Shown here: positions 36,954 through 49,884 of the stretch, in pieces
Position numbering within the stretch: the first letter of the stretch is position 1
How the letters are laid out: each line of letters opens with the position of its first letter
Program-made: the position numbers and the translations under genes
The notes under the pieces: generated by a model
Told to the model about the DNA's origin: nothing
Databases searched by the model: none
Seen by the model: the letters and a program-made list of their open reading frames with translations, nothing else
Assembly (NCBI GenBank): GCA_001643675.2
Contig: LSRY02000003.1
Span: 1,550,001 to 1,614,000, forward strand
Direction: 5' to 3'
DNA length: 64,000 nucleotides
Source of the DNA: Monocercomonoides exilis PA203
Taxonomy: Eukaryota > Protista > Preaxostyla

Positions 36954-37755
36954 AATTCTTGAATCATATTTAAAAGTTCTCATCATCGTTCATTTTTTGA
37001 AACACAAAATATCTTAAGATAAATCGTTGGCATGACCAGAAAATGGGGAAAATATTATTTCCTTATTGAAAGAAAAACCATTATTTGCTCCAAACAAATT
37101 CTGCTTTCAAATCATTAAAAGTTTAACATTTTTAAATAAAAAAAAGTTGAAAAATTGAAAAATTATCTGTTAACGAAAAGGTTCAAAAATGCTGGTTGGA
37201 ACAAAATTTTGAAAGCAACAGACTTGATCCCGAATACTCATTAGAGCATGTTACATTTCAAATAATGTTTTTTATGTTTTTCTATTTTTTATTTTTATTT
37301 TCAACAATTGAACCCAACTTCAAAAAGCAATAAAGTTCAGTTTGATGAAATGAAAATTAGATTTAATAATTCAAACAAAGAAAACTTCAATGAACAATTT
37401 AATTTATTCGATTGAACATGAAATCTATAAAAAATTTAATCTGAAAAAAAAGGCTGTTGATTTCTAACTTTGTCATAGTTTTTGCTTTTTTTATAAAAGT
37501 ATTTAGCAAACATTGCTTATTCAAAATATGCAGTCATTTATTTTTCAATACAAACATGACAAAAAAAATATTATGATAATGAAACAAAATAAAAAATTGA
37601 TTCGAGAATTGAACGTTGCTTCAAAAAACTTTTGTGCTTTCATTGCACAAAACACAATCCAATTGAATGCAAATTTAATTTTTTTTTTAAAAAAGGCTTT
37701 TGCCATATTCCAAAAAATCTTCATTGCTCCAAGCATAAACATAAAAGTTGTTTCA

Positions 37756-39132
37756 ATGAAACACATCGCATTCCTAACTTCTTTTCATTCTTTGATTTCT
37801 TTCTCGATCCATCCAACCCTTCCATCCCTTCCCTCGCACTCACTTTATCCATTCACATCAACCACTTCTTCCTCTTCTTCCACTTCCACCAACACCAACA
37901 CCAATTCAATCCCCTCATTCTCCCTTCACTCATCCCTCTCCATCCACTCATCCATCTTCCTCCACACCCACAACCCCATCGATGGTGCCATCCTCCCCGA
38001 CCTCAATAGCCCCTCCACTTCTCTCTCTGCATTCAACGCCTCTTTTCTTCACCAAACACGCTCTTCTCCAAATGCTGCTGTTGTACATGTTGGAACCGAA
38101 TCTCAAAGAGCGAAACCTGGAAGACTGGATTCCTTTGATGCTAACAGCCATAAATTTGAATGGTGTGAATGGAATGATTCAACTGGTGGATCAAGTTATG
38201 GAGGAGCGCTTTATGTTTATTGTGCAAATGCCAATCTCACAATCACTTCCTGTTCATTTAACAATTGTTCATGCACAGGTAATGGCCATGGTGGAGCGTT
38301 GTATTGTAATCTTTCGTTGAAGATTGATATCGCAAAATCCAATTTCACAAGTTGCTCGGCTGCTCATGGAGGAGCAGTCCATGCTGCAAATCCACAATCA
38401 AATTCTGTTTGGACATTCTCAGATAACAGAGTGGAAAGTTGTTCAATAACAAATTGGTGTGGAACTGGCTGGTATTTCTTGCTAAATGACTTGTCTGCAT
38501 CTGGCCAATTCCTGTTCACCAAATGCAAGTGCATTGCAAATTCTGGTGGTGATTCTGCTGGCTCTCTCACTTTTCAAAATCCTCCAAGCAATAATCCAGG
38601 TCAGTTTTTAATAAATGATTGCCAATTTATTAATAACAAATTGACTGCCTCTGTCAAATATGGAGGTGCTGCAATTTTCTTCAATTCAACTTATTCCTGG
38701 ATGAGCGGAAATAAATTCATCACATTCTGTTTCTTCGATGGCAACACTGCCAAAAATGGCAGAGGAAACGATGTGTTCTTCAGTGGCAGTTCTATAGCCC
38801 AATCTCCATTTGAGAATTGTGGCTCAACAACTCCAACACAAAGAGTGTGGAATAACAATACAGCTGATAATACCGTGTTCAATGGCTGGCTCCCCCTCAT
38901 CGCCCAGAACAAAATCGTTGCCAGCAATGGAACCAATACAGATGCCTGTGGCAGACCCCAACAGACCCCATGTGCCACCATCGAGTATGCCCTCACTGAC
39001 TTCATTTCCCTCCTCCAAGACGCCTCTCTCACCCTCCTCACCTCAGCATTTGTCCCAACTCAAACACTCACATCCAGCGCTGCTGACACAAAAACAACAG
39101 GAAATGATGAATTTTTTCAGGTTCTCATATAA
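37756..39132 (+). CDS. Pmp-like family copy 4b
   Basis: Mirror of 34083-35459. The upstream extension to 37513 depends on a 1-bp homopolymer difference between the arms. Confidence 0.6.
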   Translation: MKHIAFLTSFHSLISFSIHPTLPSLPSHSLYPFTSTTSSSSSTSTNTNTNSIPSFSLHSSLSIHSSIFLHTHNPIDGAILPDLNSPSTSLSAFNASFLHQTRSSPNAAVVHVGTESQRAKPGRLDSFDANSHKFEWCEWNDSTGGSSYGGALYVYCANANLTITSCSFNNCSCTGNGHGGALYCNLSLKIDIAKSNFTSCSAAHGGAVHAANPQSNSVWTFSDNRVESCSITNWCGTGWYFLLNDLSASGQFLFTKCKCIANSGGDSAGSLTFQNPPSNNPGQFLINDCQFINNKLTASVKYGGAAIFFNSTYSWMSGNKFITFCFFDGNTAKNGRGNDVFFSGSSIAQSPFENCGSTTPTQRVWNNNTADNTVFNGWLPLIAQNKIVASNGTNTDACGRPQQTPCATIEYALTDFISLLQDASLTLLTSAFVPTQTLTSSAADTKTTGNDEFFQVLI

Positions 39133-40353
39133 ATTCTTTCATTTTCCATATCATAGAAAAATTCATAAGCTATCATAGCTTTTTCAATTGGAGTATATAT
39201 CATCATTATTTTTTTCAGAAATCCATAACATCAACAAGACAAAAATATTTCTTCGTCATTACCTCATCTAATTTTTCTTCTCCATCAACTACAAATTAAG
39301 CTCATGAAAAAAGATTCATTGCTGTCGTATCTTCAAAAGAAATATATTCATATATATCAGGCAATTTTCTTCAGTTTATATTTTCTTCACCTTTCCGATT
39401 TCAACTTGCTTGCATCCAATTAGTACCAGAATCTCATATGACTTCCCTTCAAACATGACTTTTCCTCAAAATTGCTTTCTCTCTTTGTTTCATCTTCTGT
39501 GATATATTGAAGGCGCATGACATTATGCAATCTCTCGAAGATCATCCACATTATAATTTGTTCCAAATAACGTCTTCTGCCCTGCTCCTTCTGTTTTCTG
39601 TAATTCTTTCAGATTCAAAATAAATAATTCAGATTCTATTTCTATTTTTTATTGTGCACTTTGTGGTCGGCTTTTCTCGATAGGTTATAGAATCATTTCC
39701 GTTGCTGTGTTAGGTTGATTGAAATTCTATGTCAGAATAAATATTTCTTTCGTCTATCTGAGTAGGAATGAAAGACAAGGCCTTGCGCTGAATTTGACGG
39801 GAGTTGAATGAAACGTAAAAATCAACATTATTTTTGTCAATCATCGAAGAAGGCGTTGAAGAAGAAAAAGACAATTAGAATGAAAAGTAGATTTTGTACA
39901 GATGACATTTCATTTCCAATATTGCGAATGAAACATGAAATAAAGGCGTATTTGGTGAACGGTCGTTGAGAGGAAGAAATGTGAATGAAGCTATTTTTCG
40001 TTCAATTTTGCAGAGCTGCTGATTGCACAGCTGAAATGCATCAGAAAGTCGATGCTCTGACCCAGCAGGAAGTAATAGATCAACAAAGATGAAGCAGAAA
40101 AAAATGAGAGGAAGAAGAAGGTGAAGAAGAAGGTGAAGAAGAAGGTGAAGAAGAAGGTGAAGAAGAAGAAGAAGAAGAAGAAGGTGAAGAAGAAAAAGAA
40201 GAAGAAGAAGAAGAAGTAGAAGAAGAAGAAGAAGAATGTGAAGAAGAAGAAGAAGAAGGAGGAGGAGACGACGATGACGAACAAATCAAATACGTTGATT
40301 AAAGGTCGAGATTTGCTGAGGAGAATGATAACAAATAAAAACAGAGAGTTTCG

Positions 40354-41610
40354 ATGAAATTTCTATTTTTTTCTCCTCTTTTATTATTGCGTATTCTTCT
40401 GACAAACAAAATCCTCCAAATATTTTTCGCATTCATCTCAATCATCTTCCTCCACACCCACAACCCCATCGATGGTGCCATTCTCCCTTCCATCAACTGC
40501 CCATCCACCTCTCTCTCTGCCTTCAATACCTCTTTTCTCCACCAAACACGCTCTTCACCAAATGCTCCTGTTGAACACATTGGAAATGAAACTCACAGAG
40601 AGAAATTAAGCAGATTGTCCTTCACTGCTTTGAATAGCTATCGCTTTGAGTGGTGCGAATGGAATGATTCAACTGGTGGATCTTCATCTGGCGGTGCACT
40701 TTATGTTTATTGTGCAAATGCCAATCTCACAATCACTTCCTGTTCATTCAACAAATGCTCAAGTAACGGATACGGTGGAGCGTTATATTGTAATCTTTCG
40801 TTGAAGATTGATATCGCAAAATCCAATTTCACAAGTTGTACTGCGGCTCATGGAGGAGCTGCTTATATTGGCTGGCCGCAATCCAGTTCTGTTTGGGTAT
40901 TATCAGAAAACCGAGTTGAAAGTTGCGAAATAACAAGTTGGTGTGGAACTGGCTGGGAAATCGTGCTTGATAACATGACATCAAATGGAAAATTTTTGTT
41001 CAAAAATTGTGTCTGTATCGCAAATACTGGTGGAAATGCGACTGGCGCAGTCACGTTTCATTACCCTCCACCAGTAATACCTCTTCAATATTTGCTCCAA
41101 GAGTGCCAGTTCATCAACAACAAAGTCGAAAATCCAACTACCTACGGCGGTGCTGCGCTGTGCTGCACAAGAACATATGATTGGATGAGCGGGTTCAAAT
41201 TCATCACTTTCTGCTTCTTCGATGGCAATTCCGCAACTAATGGAATGGGGAATGATGCGTTCTTCAATGGCAGCAGCATCACCCAATCCCCATTCAATCA
41301 GTGCGGGTCAACAACAGAATCAAAAAGAGTCTGGAATGCAGGAACAGCTGATAACGCTGTGTTCAACAGATGGCTTCCTCTCATAACAACATTCAAAATC
41401 GTGTCAAATAATGGAACAAACACCGATCTCTGCGGAATCACACAACTCAATCCATGCAAAACAATTGAATTTGCTCTTGTTCGCATGACAGATACCCAAG
41501 ACGCCTCTCTCACCCTCCTTTCCTCAATATTTGTTCCAACTCAAACACTCACCTTCAGCGCAGTTGACACAAAAATCACTGGAAATGATAAACTTTTTCC
41601 GATTTCTTAA
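40354..41610 (+). CDS. Pmp-like family copy 3b
   Basis: Mirror of 31605-32861. Confidence 0.6.
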   Translation: MKFLFFSPLLLLRILLTNKILQIFFAFISIIFLHTHNPIDGAILPSINCPSTSLSAFNTSFLHQTRSSPNAPVEHIGNETHREKLSRLSFTALNSYRFEWCEWNDSTGGSSSGGALYVYCANANLTITSCSFNKCSSNGYGGALYCNLSLKIDIAKSNFTSCTAAHGGAAYIGWPQSSSVWVLSENRVESCEITSWCGTGWEIVLDNMTSNGKFLFKNCVCIANTGGNATGAVTFHYPPPVIPLQYLLQECQFINNKVENPTTYGGAALCCTRTYDWMSGFKFITFCFFDGNSATNGMGNDAFFNGSSITQSPFNQCGSTTESKRVWNAGTADNAVFNRWLPLITTFKIVSNNGTNTDLCGITQLNPCKTIEFALVRMTDTQDASLTLLSSIFVPTQTLTFSAVDTKITGNDKLFPIS

Positions 41611-43074
41611 TTCAATGCTTTTCTAATTTTCATCATTTTAAATATTAAACTTTCTTTAATCGTTTCATCTTCAAATTTTGATTCATTTTCCATATCATTG
41701 AAAAATTCATGAGCTTTCATCTTCTTTTCATTTGAAGTTTATATCATCGCTTATTTTTTCAAAAATCTATAACGTCAGATCAGATAAAAATACTTCTTCA
41801 AAATTTCTTCATCTATTTTCTCCTTTTCATCAAATGCAAATTCCACTTGTTGCTTTTGGGAATGCTTTCTATTATTCGTCTCTCAAAATGTATTTCTTCG
41901 TTTGAATCATCTTCATTTTCAACAATAGCCAATTTATCCTTTTTCACCTGCTCTCTTTTGTTCATTTTTATCATTTCTCTTCTTATTTCATAGAAATTCT
42001 TCCAATAAATGCAACCCCAATGAATTTTTTTCAACAAGAAATTTTCTGTTTCAAAAAACTGTTTTTTTGTTCTTCGGTGCTTTGACAGAGTCATTTAATG
42101 TATTTCGAGAGATCCAAAATATCGAAGAAACAACTGATTTTTCCTCCACAATATTCAACCAAATGATATTTTTCACACTTTCCCATTCATCATTATTCCA
42201 TTTCTGCCTTTGTTTGTTTGTTTGTTAGCTTCTTCATTCACAAATTCTGTCTGCTTTTTTTTCCAAAATTTTATTTGGCACCAATACACGAGAAGAAGAA
42301 GACAATGATGAAGATGAAGAACGAAATGAAATTTCTTGAGAAGGATTCAGCAGCAATGGTGATGATAGCTTTAATGAAGAATTCAACGTTCAGCTTTGTG
42401 AGCACCAAAGACAACAACAGCAAACATGGCTGAAAAAGAAACTAATCCAATGCTCCAACTCAGAATATGAATGACAGAACAAGTCAATCAGAATTAATTG
42501 CTCTTCACATTCTTCTCATTTTTGTCCAGTTTTTCATATCTCTTTTTCCTTTTTCTTTCATCATTCTGCTTTTATCTGCTTTTTCTTATTGATGGAGAAA
42601 GAGAAGATACCTCACTCACATTCTTTTCTCACAATATAATCCAAAAGTTCTGCTCCAATTGCATTTCCCCTTCATCTGCTTTGTTGCCACATAAATAAAT
42701 ATTTCTTCATTCATCAATCATTTTCTATCCTTATTCTATTTCCTTGACTGATCTCTCTTAATCTCTGCTCAAAATTGTTCTTTTCCTCTCCATTTTTCTT
42801 CAATTCATGAAATGTTCTTAAAATCTATTCTTCCAAACCCCCTTTTTTCTCAAGCCCAATACAAAAACAATGCATTCATGAAAATATCAAACTTTTTATT
42901 TTTGGTTGCTGAGAATGAATTGAAAAGACGCAGCGAATGAACTCACAGCTTTGATGCAAATGATTGATGTGCTCAATTGAAAAGTCTTCCTTTGCCTTTT
43001 CTCTTCCATTCTCCAATTTTTCTGTTTTAAAAGACACTCAAAATGCAGCAAAAAGAGAAGACGAAAAAAAAAGG

Positions 43075-43290
43075 AAGAGGTTGAAGAAGGTGAAGAGGTT
43101 GAAGAGGTTGAAGAGGTTGAAGAGGTTGAAGAGGTTGAAGAGGTTGAAGAGGTTGAAGAGGTTTAAGAAGGTGAAGAAGAACGAGAAGGAGAAGAAGAGA
43201 AAGAAGAAGAAGGAGAAGGAGGAGAAGGAGGAGGAGAAGGAGAAGATAAAAAAGAGGAAGAAAATGAAGAAGACGAAGAAGAAGCTGTAT
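43075..43290. repeat. (GAAGAGGTT)n 9-mer array followed by a GAA/GAG tract
   Basis: About eight tandem 9-mers at ~43075-43163. Confidence 0.9.
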
Positions 43291-43415
43291 GATGTGATGA
43301 AAATGAATGAACTGATGAGTTGATTGAAGGTTGAGATTTGCGGAAATGAATATAAATAATTAATAACAAAGGTTTTCACTGATATCGTTTTTTCTGGTTT
43401 TCTTTTTCAATTTTT

Positions 43416-44804
43416 GTGTTCTTCTTGCAAGCAAAATCCTCCAATTCAACCATCTTCCTCCACACCCACAACCCCATCGATGGAACCATCCTTCCCAACC
43501 TCAACAGCCCATCCTCTTCTTTCTCAGCCTTCAATACTTCTTTCCTCCACCAAACACGTTCTTCATCAAATGATCTTGTAAAATATAACGGATCCGAAAC
43601 TCAAAAATTGAAATTAGAAAGAATGTACTCATTCAACCTGAACAGTTATCTCTTCGAATGGTGCGAATGGAATGATTCAAATGGACAAAATGATTATGGT
43701 GGTGCGCTTAAAGTTGTTTGCGAAAATGCAAGTCTCACAATCACTTCTTGTTCATTCAATAATTGCTCAATCACAGGCGATACTGCTGGCGGAGCGATAT
43801 ACAGTTACGATTTGTCAAATGTGAACATCACAAATTCCAATTTTTCAAACTGTTCTGCCACTCGCGGAGGTGCAGTTAATATAGATGGTCGACAATCATC
43901 ATCTGTTTATTCATTCTCAGATAATAGAGTTGAAGGTTGTAAAATAAATGGTACTGTTGGAACTGGTTGGTATTTTTTTATTGAAGATTTTTCTTCAAAC
44001 GGTCATTTCTTGTTCACCAAATGTAAATGCATCGCCAATACTGGTGGCGATTCAACAGGTTCTTTAACATTTCATTGGCCTCCACAAAACAAACCGAGTC
44101 AATTTTTGGTTAATGATTGTCAGTTCATAAACAACAAATTGACAAGTTCATCAACATCATGGGGAGGTGCTGCGCTGTGTTGCACAAACACCTTCACTTG
44201 GATGAGTGGAATAAAATTCATCACATTCTGCTTCTTCGATGGAAATACAGCAACAAATGGCAGGGGTAATGACGTGTTCTTTTACGGAAGTGTTATTACC
44301 CAATCTCCATTCCAGCAATGTGGCTCAACAACCCAAGCAAAAAGAGTGTGGAATAATGGACAAGCAGATAACGGTGTGTACAATGGATGGCTTCCAATCA
44401 TCGACCAGAACAAAATAGTCTCAAATGGTGGAAGTGATGCCGATGCCTGTGGCAAAACACAGCAAAGCCCATGTGCCACCGTGGAGTATGCTCTCGGATG
44501 CGTTGCTCCCTTCAGCGATGCATCCCTCTCTCTTCTCATCTCCACTTTCACTCCCACAAACACTCTCACCTTCAGCGCAGTTTATACAAAATTAACTGGA
44601 AAAGATAACCTTTTTATAATTTCTTTATTATTCTTTCCATTTTCAGAGAATGATGAATTTCTTTTTTCAACTGAAGCACTTATCATCACATATCTTTCAT
44701 TGAGCCCAAAATCAGCACATGTTATATTATTTCTTCTTTATTTCTTCGACATTTTCCATTTGATTTGGCTTCTTCATCAAATGAAAATAAAGCTCGTTGC
44801 TTAA
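43416..44804 (+). pseudogene. Pmp-like family copy 5, most divergent, no in-frame ATG before the domain
   Basis: Open frame from STIFLHTHNPIDG to TKLTGK, then read-through into the AT-rich flank. Confidence 0.65.
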
Positions 44805-47800
44805 ATGAATGTTTTCAATTATTCTTCTCTTCAAAATGTATTTCTTCAAGCATATCAACAAGCTCTTCAAAACCTTCAATTTCTTTTGCCATTCCCATTT
44901 CTCCTTTTTCATCCGCTGCAGACGCACTTATTTCATAGAATTATCCTTCAATTATTTGCTTTCAAATAAACTATGCTCTCCTCGTTTAATCATCCTCTCA
45001 TTCCATTGAAGGCAAATGACGTTGTGAAATTTGTCGAAGGTCATCCTCATAATCATTCGTCCCAAACATCCTATCCTGTCCTGTTCTTTATGTTTTCGGT
45101 GAATTCTTTCAGCTTCCAAATGAAAAAAGTCAAAGGCAATCTCTTTTTTTTGTTGCATGCCTGATGCTCGGCTATTCCGGATCAATATTACCCATTTCAT
45201 TGCCGTGTTATGTCCGGCTGAAATTCTGTGAAAGTGTGAATATTTCTTTTGCGTTTCCTATTTGAGCAGATTTTAATGCTTCTTGATGAATTCAACAGGA
45301 ATATGAATGAAATGGAGATAGGAATATTTTAAATTCGTTCATCGAAGAAGGCATTGAAGAAGAAAAGGAGGATCACGATTGTTGAAATGAAGATAGATGC
45401 TGTTTCAATGTGCGAATGAATGAGGAAGAATGAAGTTGAAGCTGAAGAAGAAGAGGAAAGAGACGAAGAAGAGGAAGATGTTGAAATCAAAGAAGAAGAA
45501 GAAGAAGAAATGGTTGAGTGAAGAAGATTTTGCGTGTTTTTGGCCATGCGGTTCATAACAGGCGTGCTTGTCGCTGAATAAGCAAGCGATTGTGAGAAGG
45601 CGAATTTTGTGTTAGTAAATCGAGAAATGAGGAAGATGATCGATTGAATGAAGGAGAATTATCAGAAGACGACGAAGAAGAAGATGGAGAAGAAGAAGAT
45701 GCAGTTGAGAAACGCTGAATCAGTCGAACGATATTTATAAAGTTGAGAATAATTTGTATGAAGTTGTTGATTGGCCAAAACGTCTCGCTTGCCGTATAAA
45801 CTTCAGATTTGTTTGAAAAATTCAATCACAAAATTTGTGACGAACAGATTGTGGAAATCAATAAAACTGAATATTTCCAAAGTCAATTCACTTTCTTTTT
45901 GCAATTTCCTTTCCTTTCCCCTCAAAAATAGAAAATGAAGATATATCTCAATTTCCATTCCTTTCCATTCCCCTCTTCCATTCAACCCCCAAAATCATCA
46001 GAAAATATCAAACCCATCCTTATCTTCAGAATTCTCAGTTTCTTCCGTGAAACATTCTTCTCCTCTCAAAAAAAATATCCATCTTCCATTTGAATATTTC
46101 TCATTTTCCCTCTTCTTGCACACTTTTGCCCTCTTTTCTTTCTTTTCCAAATCCATATCTCCAATCAACAATAAGCCCTCTTTCATCATCCTCAGCCACT
46201 TCTCTACATATTTACTATATTATCTCCTCAAAATCTCCACCTGCTCTTCTCCACCTTTTTGTCTCAGAATTTCTTTCATTCAAAAACCCCTCTCGAAATA
46301 TTAGCATTCAAAAGAACACTCAACTCCCACCCCCTGCCACAAAAAATATTCTTCCATCTCTTCTCTGCCCCATATCCCTCATGTGCCTGGTGTTGGCGAG
46401 ATAAACATCAAATACTTTTTTGTATCGTTGAGAATATTATTAAAGGAGATGATCATGCCAAAAACAGAAAAAACACCTCTGCACATCCACCACAATGTGT
46501 ACGGGCTGAGAAGACCCTTCAGTGAGATATGCAATGTATTTTGTGGGGACGCGTTCTGTGCTGCAATTTGACCATTCTGAGACTGAAATAAAGAGATTGA
46601 ATTTTTGAATGATGATGGCTGTGGAAATGAGTGTGCTTGGCAAAATACAGTCGAAGTTCAGTTTGGCCTTTATTTATTTTTCTTTATATGAACATTTATC
46701 TGTTGACTGTTTTTGTGTTCCTTTCAGGGCAGGGGGCGAAAAAGAATGAAAATGAATGAAAGCGGGATATCTCGTTGTGCAGGGTGGCTATCTAGCTGAA
46801 CCAGCGAATTCATATGGAAAGTGCCTAGGGTGAAGGGATTGGGAAGGGAATTGGAGATGATATTTTCAGACGAAAAACAATGATGTTTTTCAATGATGAA
46901 AATGGAATTTGAGCAGAATACATGAATTTCACATTTTTCAGAAGGAAGGGAAATCAATGCATTTGATGGAGAAACAACTGATGGAAAGGATGATTTGCGA
47001 ATCAGATGATGAAACATTCGAAAAAGGAAGGAATTATAAAATTGAATTGGAGAAAACAGTTGCCAATGGGATAAAAAACAGAAAGTAACATATAAAAATG
47101 TTTAGAAGGTTTGATATTGTTATTTTTTCGAAGTGATTATTATTTTGTTTTAAGAATGCTGAAAGAACGAAGGATTAGATGGCTTTGAATAAGGAAAGCA
47201 GGGAAGAAATAAAAATTTTCACAACAGCAACAAATATGCACCGATTCTTAGAACTTCAATTCGGATGGCGAACGACAACTTTTTTGAGAGGGCCTTTCAT
47301 TTTTTGTTTGTGAACCAAGATCAACTCGGATGAGAAGTCGAAGGGATGAAAAAAGTGAATAAAAAGTGCATGTTCGGCTGAATTGACAGGAAAACGTTGT
47401 GAAAATTCATAAGTCGAAGATTTTACATGCATCAGCATCATTTCATCTGATAACGCTCCAGTTGCTGCAGAAATGTTTCAATGGCCAATGACTGTTTCAT
47501 TCAACACAAAAAATGTTTTTTCTGATAGCGCTGTATATTTTGGTGATTCTTATTTTGCTGAGCATTCTGCTGGAAATACTGCAGACTTCTTCTCATATGG
47601 CTCAACTTTACCACAAGCCACTCCAACAGAGAGAGGAATTTTATTCACAATATCTGCTCATCTTCTTCTTCATATTTTATTGCTTACATCCTTATTTGAC
47701 TATCTTATTCTGCATCGTCTTCATCTTCTTCCTTCTTTGGGATGCGGAATGAGCGAAAATTGAGTGAATCTGATAAAAATTAATTCTTTTTGAGCATTGC

Positions 47801-48360
47801 TCGAAAAGATATTGCTTTTGGAGAATGTTTTTTTGGAAAATGTTAATAGCCTTTTACTCAACGTCGATGAATGAAATAAGGAGAAGATGGCTAAAGATTT
47901 ACAAAATTACACATGGGAGACTAGGAAATCAGTCCAACCGAAAAGAGAGACAAGTCACTTTCACAGAAATGGATTTGGCACTTCCTTTTCATTGAGTGTT
48001 TTTTGGAGAATTATTATCATATTCTGACAGAACAACTATTTGATTTGCAATTCAATTTGTTGGACATTTGAAGCAGAAGGCAGACATTGAATATCAAATG
48101 GCATTTGTTTCTTCAAAATCTTCTTCTTCATCTTCATTGGCAATTCAATAAGCTCTCCCACTCACTGATTTATTCTTCAACATTTCATCCTTCTTTCAAC
48201 GCTGTTTTTTTTTTTATCATTCATCATCTGCATCACAAGGATAGCAATTTTAACGTTTATTGAGGTCCATTACGTAAGACTTATTCCGATTGCTCCACAA
48301 TGATGCAGTCAACTCATGTTAAAAAAGTCTTCTTATCCATTTTATTTGTTCTGAAAAAGC

Positions 48361-48548
48361 TTCTTCTTCTTCTTCTTCTTCATTAACATCGTCTCTTTTT
48401 CTTCCTCTTTTTCTTCTTCTTCACCTTCTTCTTCTTCTTCTTCTTCACCTTCTTCGCCTTCTTCGCCTTCTTCGCCTTCTTCGACTTCTTCGCCTTCTTC
48501 GCCTTCTTCATTTTCTTCATTTTCTTCATTTTCATCTTCATCTTCGCC
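48361..48548. repeat. TCT / TTCTTCGCC / TTCTTCATT compound repeat
   Basis: Tandem 3-mers and 9-mers. Confidence 0.85.
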
Positions 48549-49884
48549 TTTGTCATCTCATTCATCACTATCAACCTCGAAACAAGCAAAACAATCTTCT
48601 TCTGTATCATATTCTGACACTTCCTCATAATTTATTTCGATTTCTTTCTCTGTCTTTCCCTCATCTTTTTTTTATTCAACTTCTTCGCCTTCTTCTTATG
48701 CCAATATCTTCATTTGATTCCACTTTCATTGTATTTTTAGCACCAATAATTCAGCGTTATTTTCTATTTTTTGAAGAGAAAGAAGAGGCAACCACTCGAG
48801 GGCATTCAATTGACGTGCAGATATCCATCTTTATCGAAAATCTTCTGTCTCCCCATCTGTTGCAAGTTTAGTGATTGGGGTTATCTGTTCTTCTCAGTTC
48901 AACTTATAAAATACGAAATTATTTATTGTTTAATGGACAACATCGAATAAAGCCTTCCAGCTCTTGCGGAAATATCTTTTAATTGTTCATGTATTTTTCA
49001 ATCTCCTCATTTATTCACTTTTTTCAGCTTCTTCTTCTTCTTCCTTCTCCTCTCAACTTCTTCTGCTTCATCTTCGTCTTTTTCGTCTCACTTCCTGCTG
49101 GGTTAGAGCATCGATCTTCAAATGCCTTAATGATATTCAATTCAGCAGCGCTGCAAATTAAGCCGAAAATTGTTTCATTTCCTTTTTCTAGTCTCTGCAG
49201 TCAATCGATAAAAGTGCTTTCTTTTCATTTTTCATTCACGATTCCGACGAAGAAAATAAACTATCTGCTCAAATTCAGCTCATTTCATTTCCATTGCATT
49301 CTTCTTCGATTTCTTTGATGATCAACAAAAATGATACTGTTTTTTTCATTTCATTTAACTCCCGTTAAATCCAGGGCCAAGCCTCATCTTTCATTCTTAC
49401 TCAGAAAGACAAAAGGATTTTTCATTCTTTCACGGAATAACAGCTAATGTTATTTTACAAAGGAAGTTGTACAATGTTTAACCAAGAAAAGCTGATCATC
49501 AGGCATTCAACAGAAAACGGAGATCGAATCTGACTTTTTTGATTTTGAAGATCAAGCATCTGAAGTTAAAAGGAAATGGTATTGAAGCAATTCATTTATG
49601 AAATGGATGTGTTCCTAAATAGTCTTCAGCAGATTACACAGATACGAAACTGGAGCGAATTGTTGAAAATGAAAAGGAAAGGAAAATCTAGAAGAGCATG
49701 TTGATATGCCTGAAGAAATCCTATTTGAAGAGATGAAAGCGATGAATCTTATTTCATGAGCTTTATTTTCATTTGATGAAGAAAAGAAAATAGATGAAGA
49801 AATGACGAAGAAATGTTTTTATATGACCGGAGATTAAAGATTGATTGAAAAAAAATAAACTTCTGATGAAAAGAAGATGAAAGC

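Larger units (their letters stand above)
30247..42970. repeat. Giant palindrome IR3 (arms ~30247-36272 and 36954-~42970, 681 bp spacer)
   Basis: Mirrored identical ORFs 31605-32861/40354-41610 and 34083-35459/37756-39132 (coordinate sum 73215). Imperfect extension to ~30180/43036. Confidence 0.97.

Noticed and set aside
37513-37755. N-terminal extension of copy 4b to 539 aa
   Set aside because: TTG start, and the mirrored arm is frameshifted at a homopolymer.
43075-43163. Regular short repeats as a CRISPR array (also 53840-53930)
   Set aside because: No unique spacers, no cas genes, eukaryotic context.
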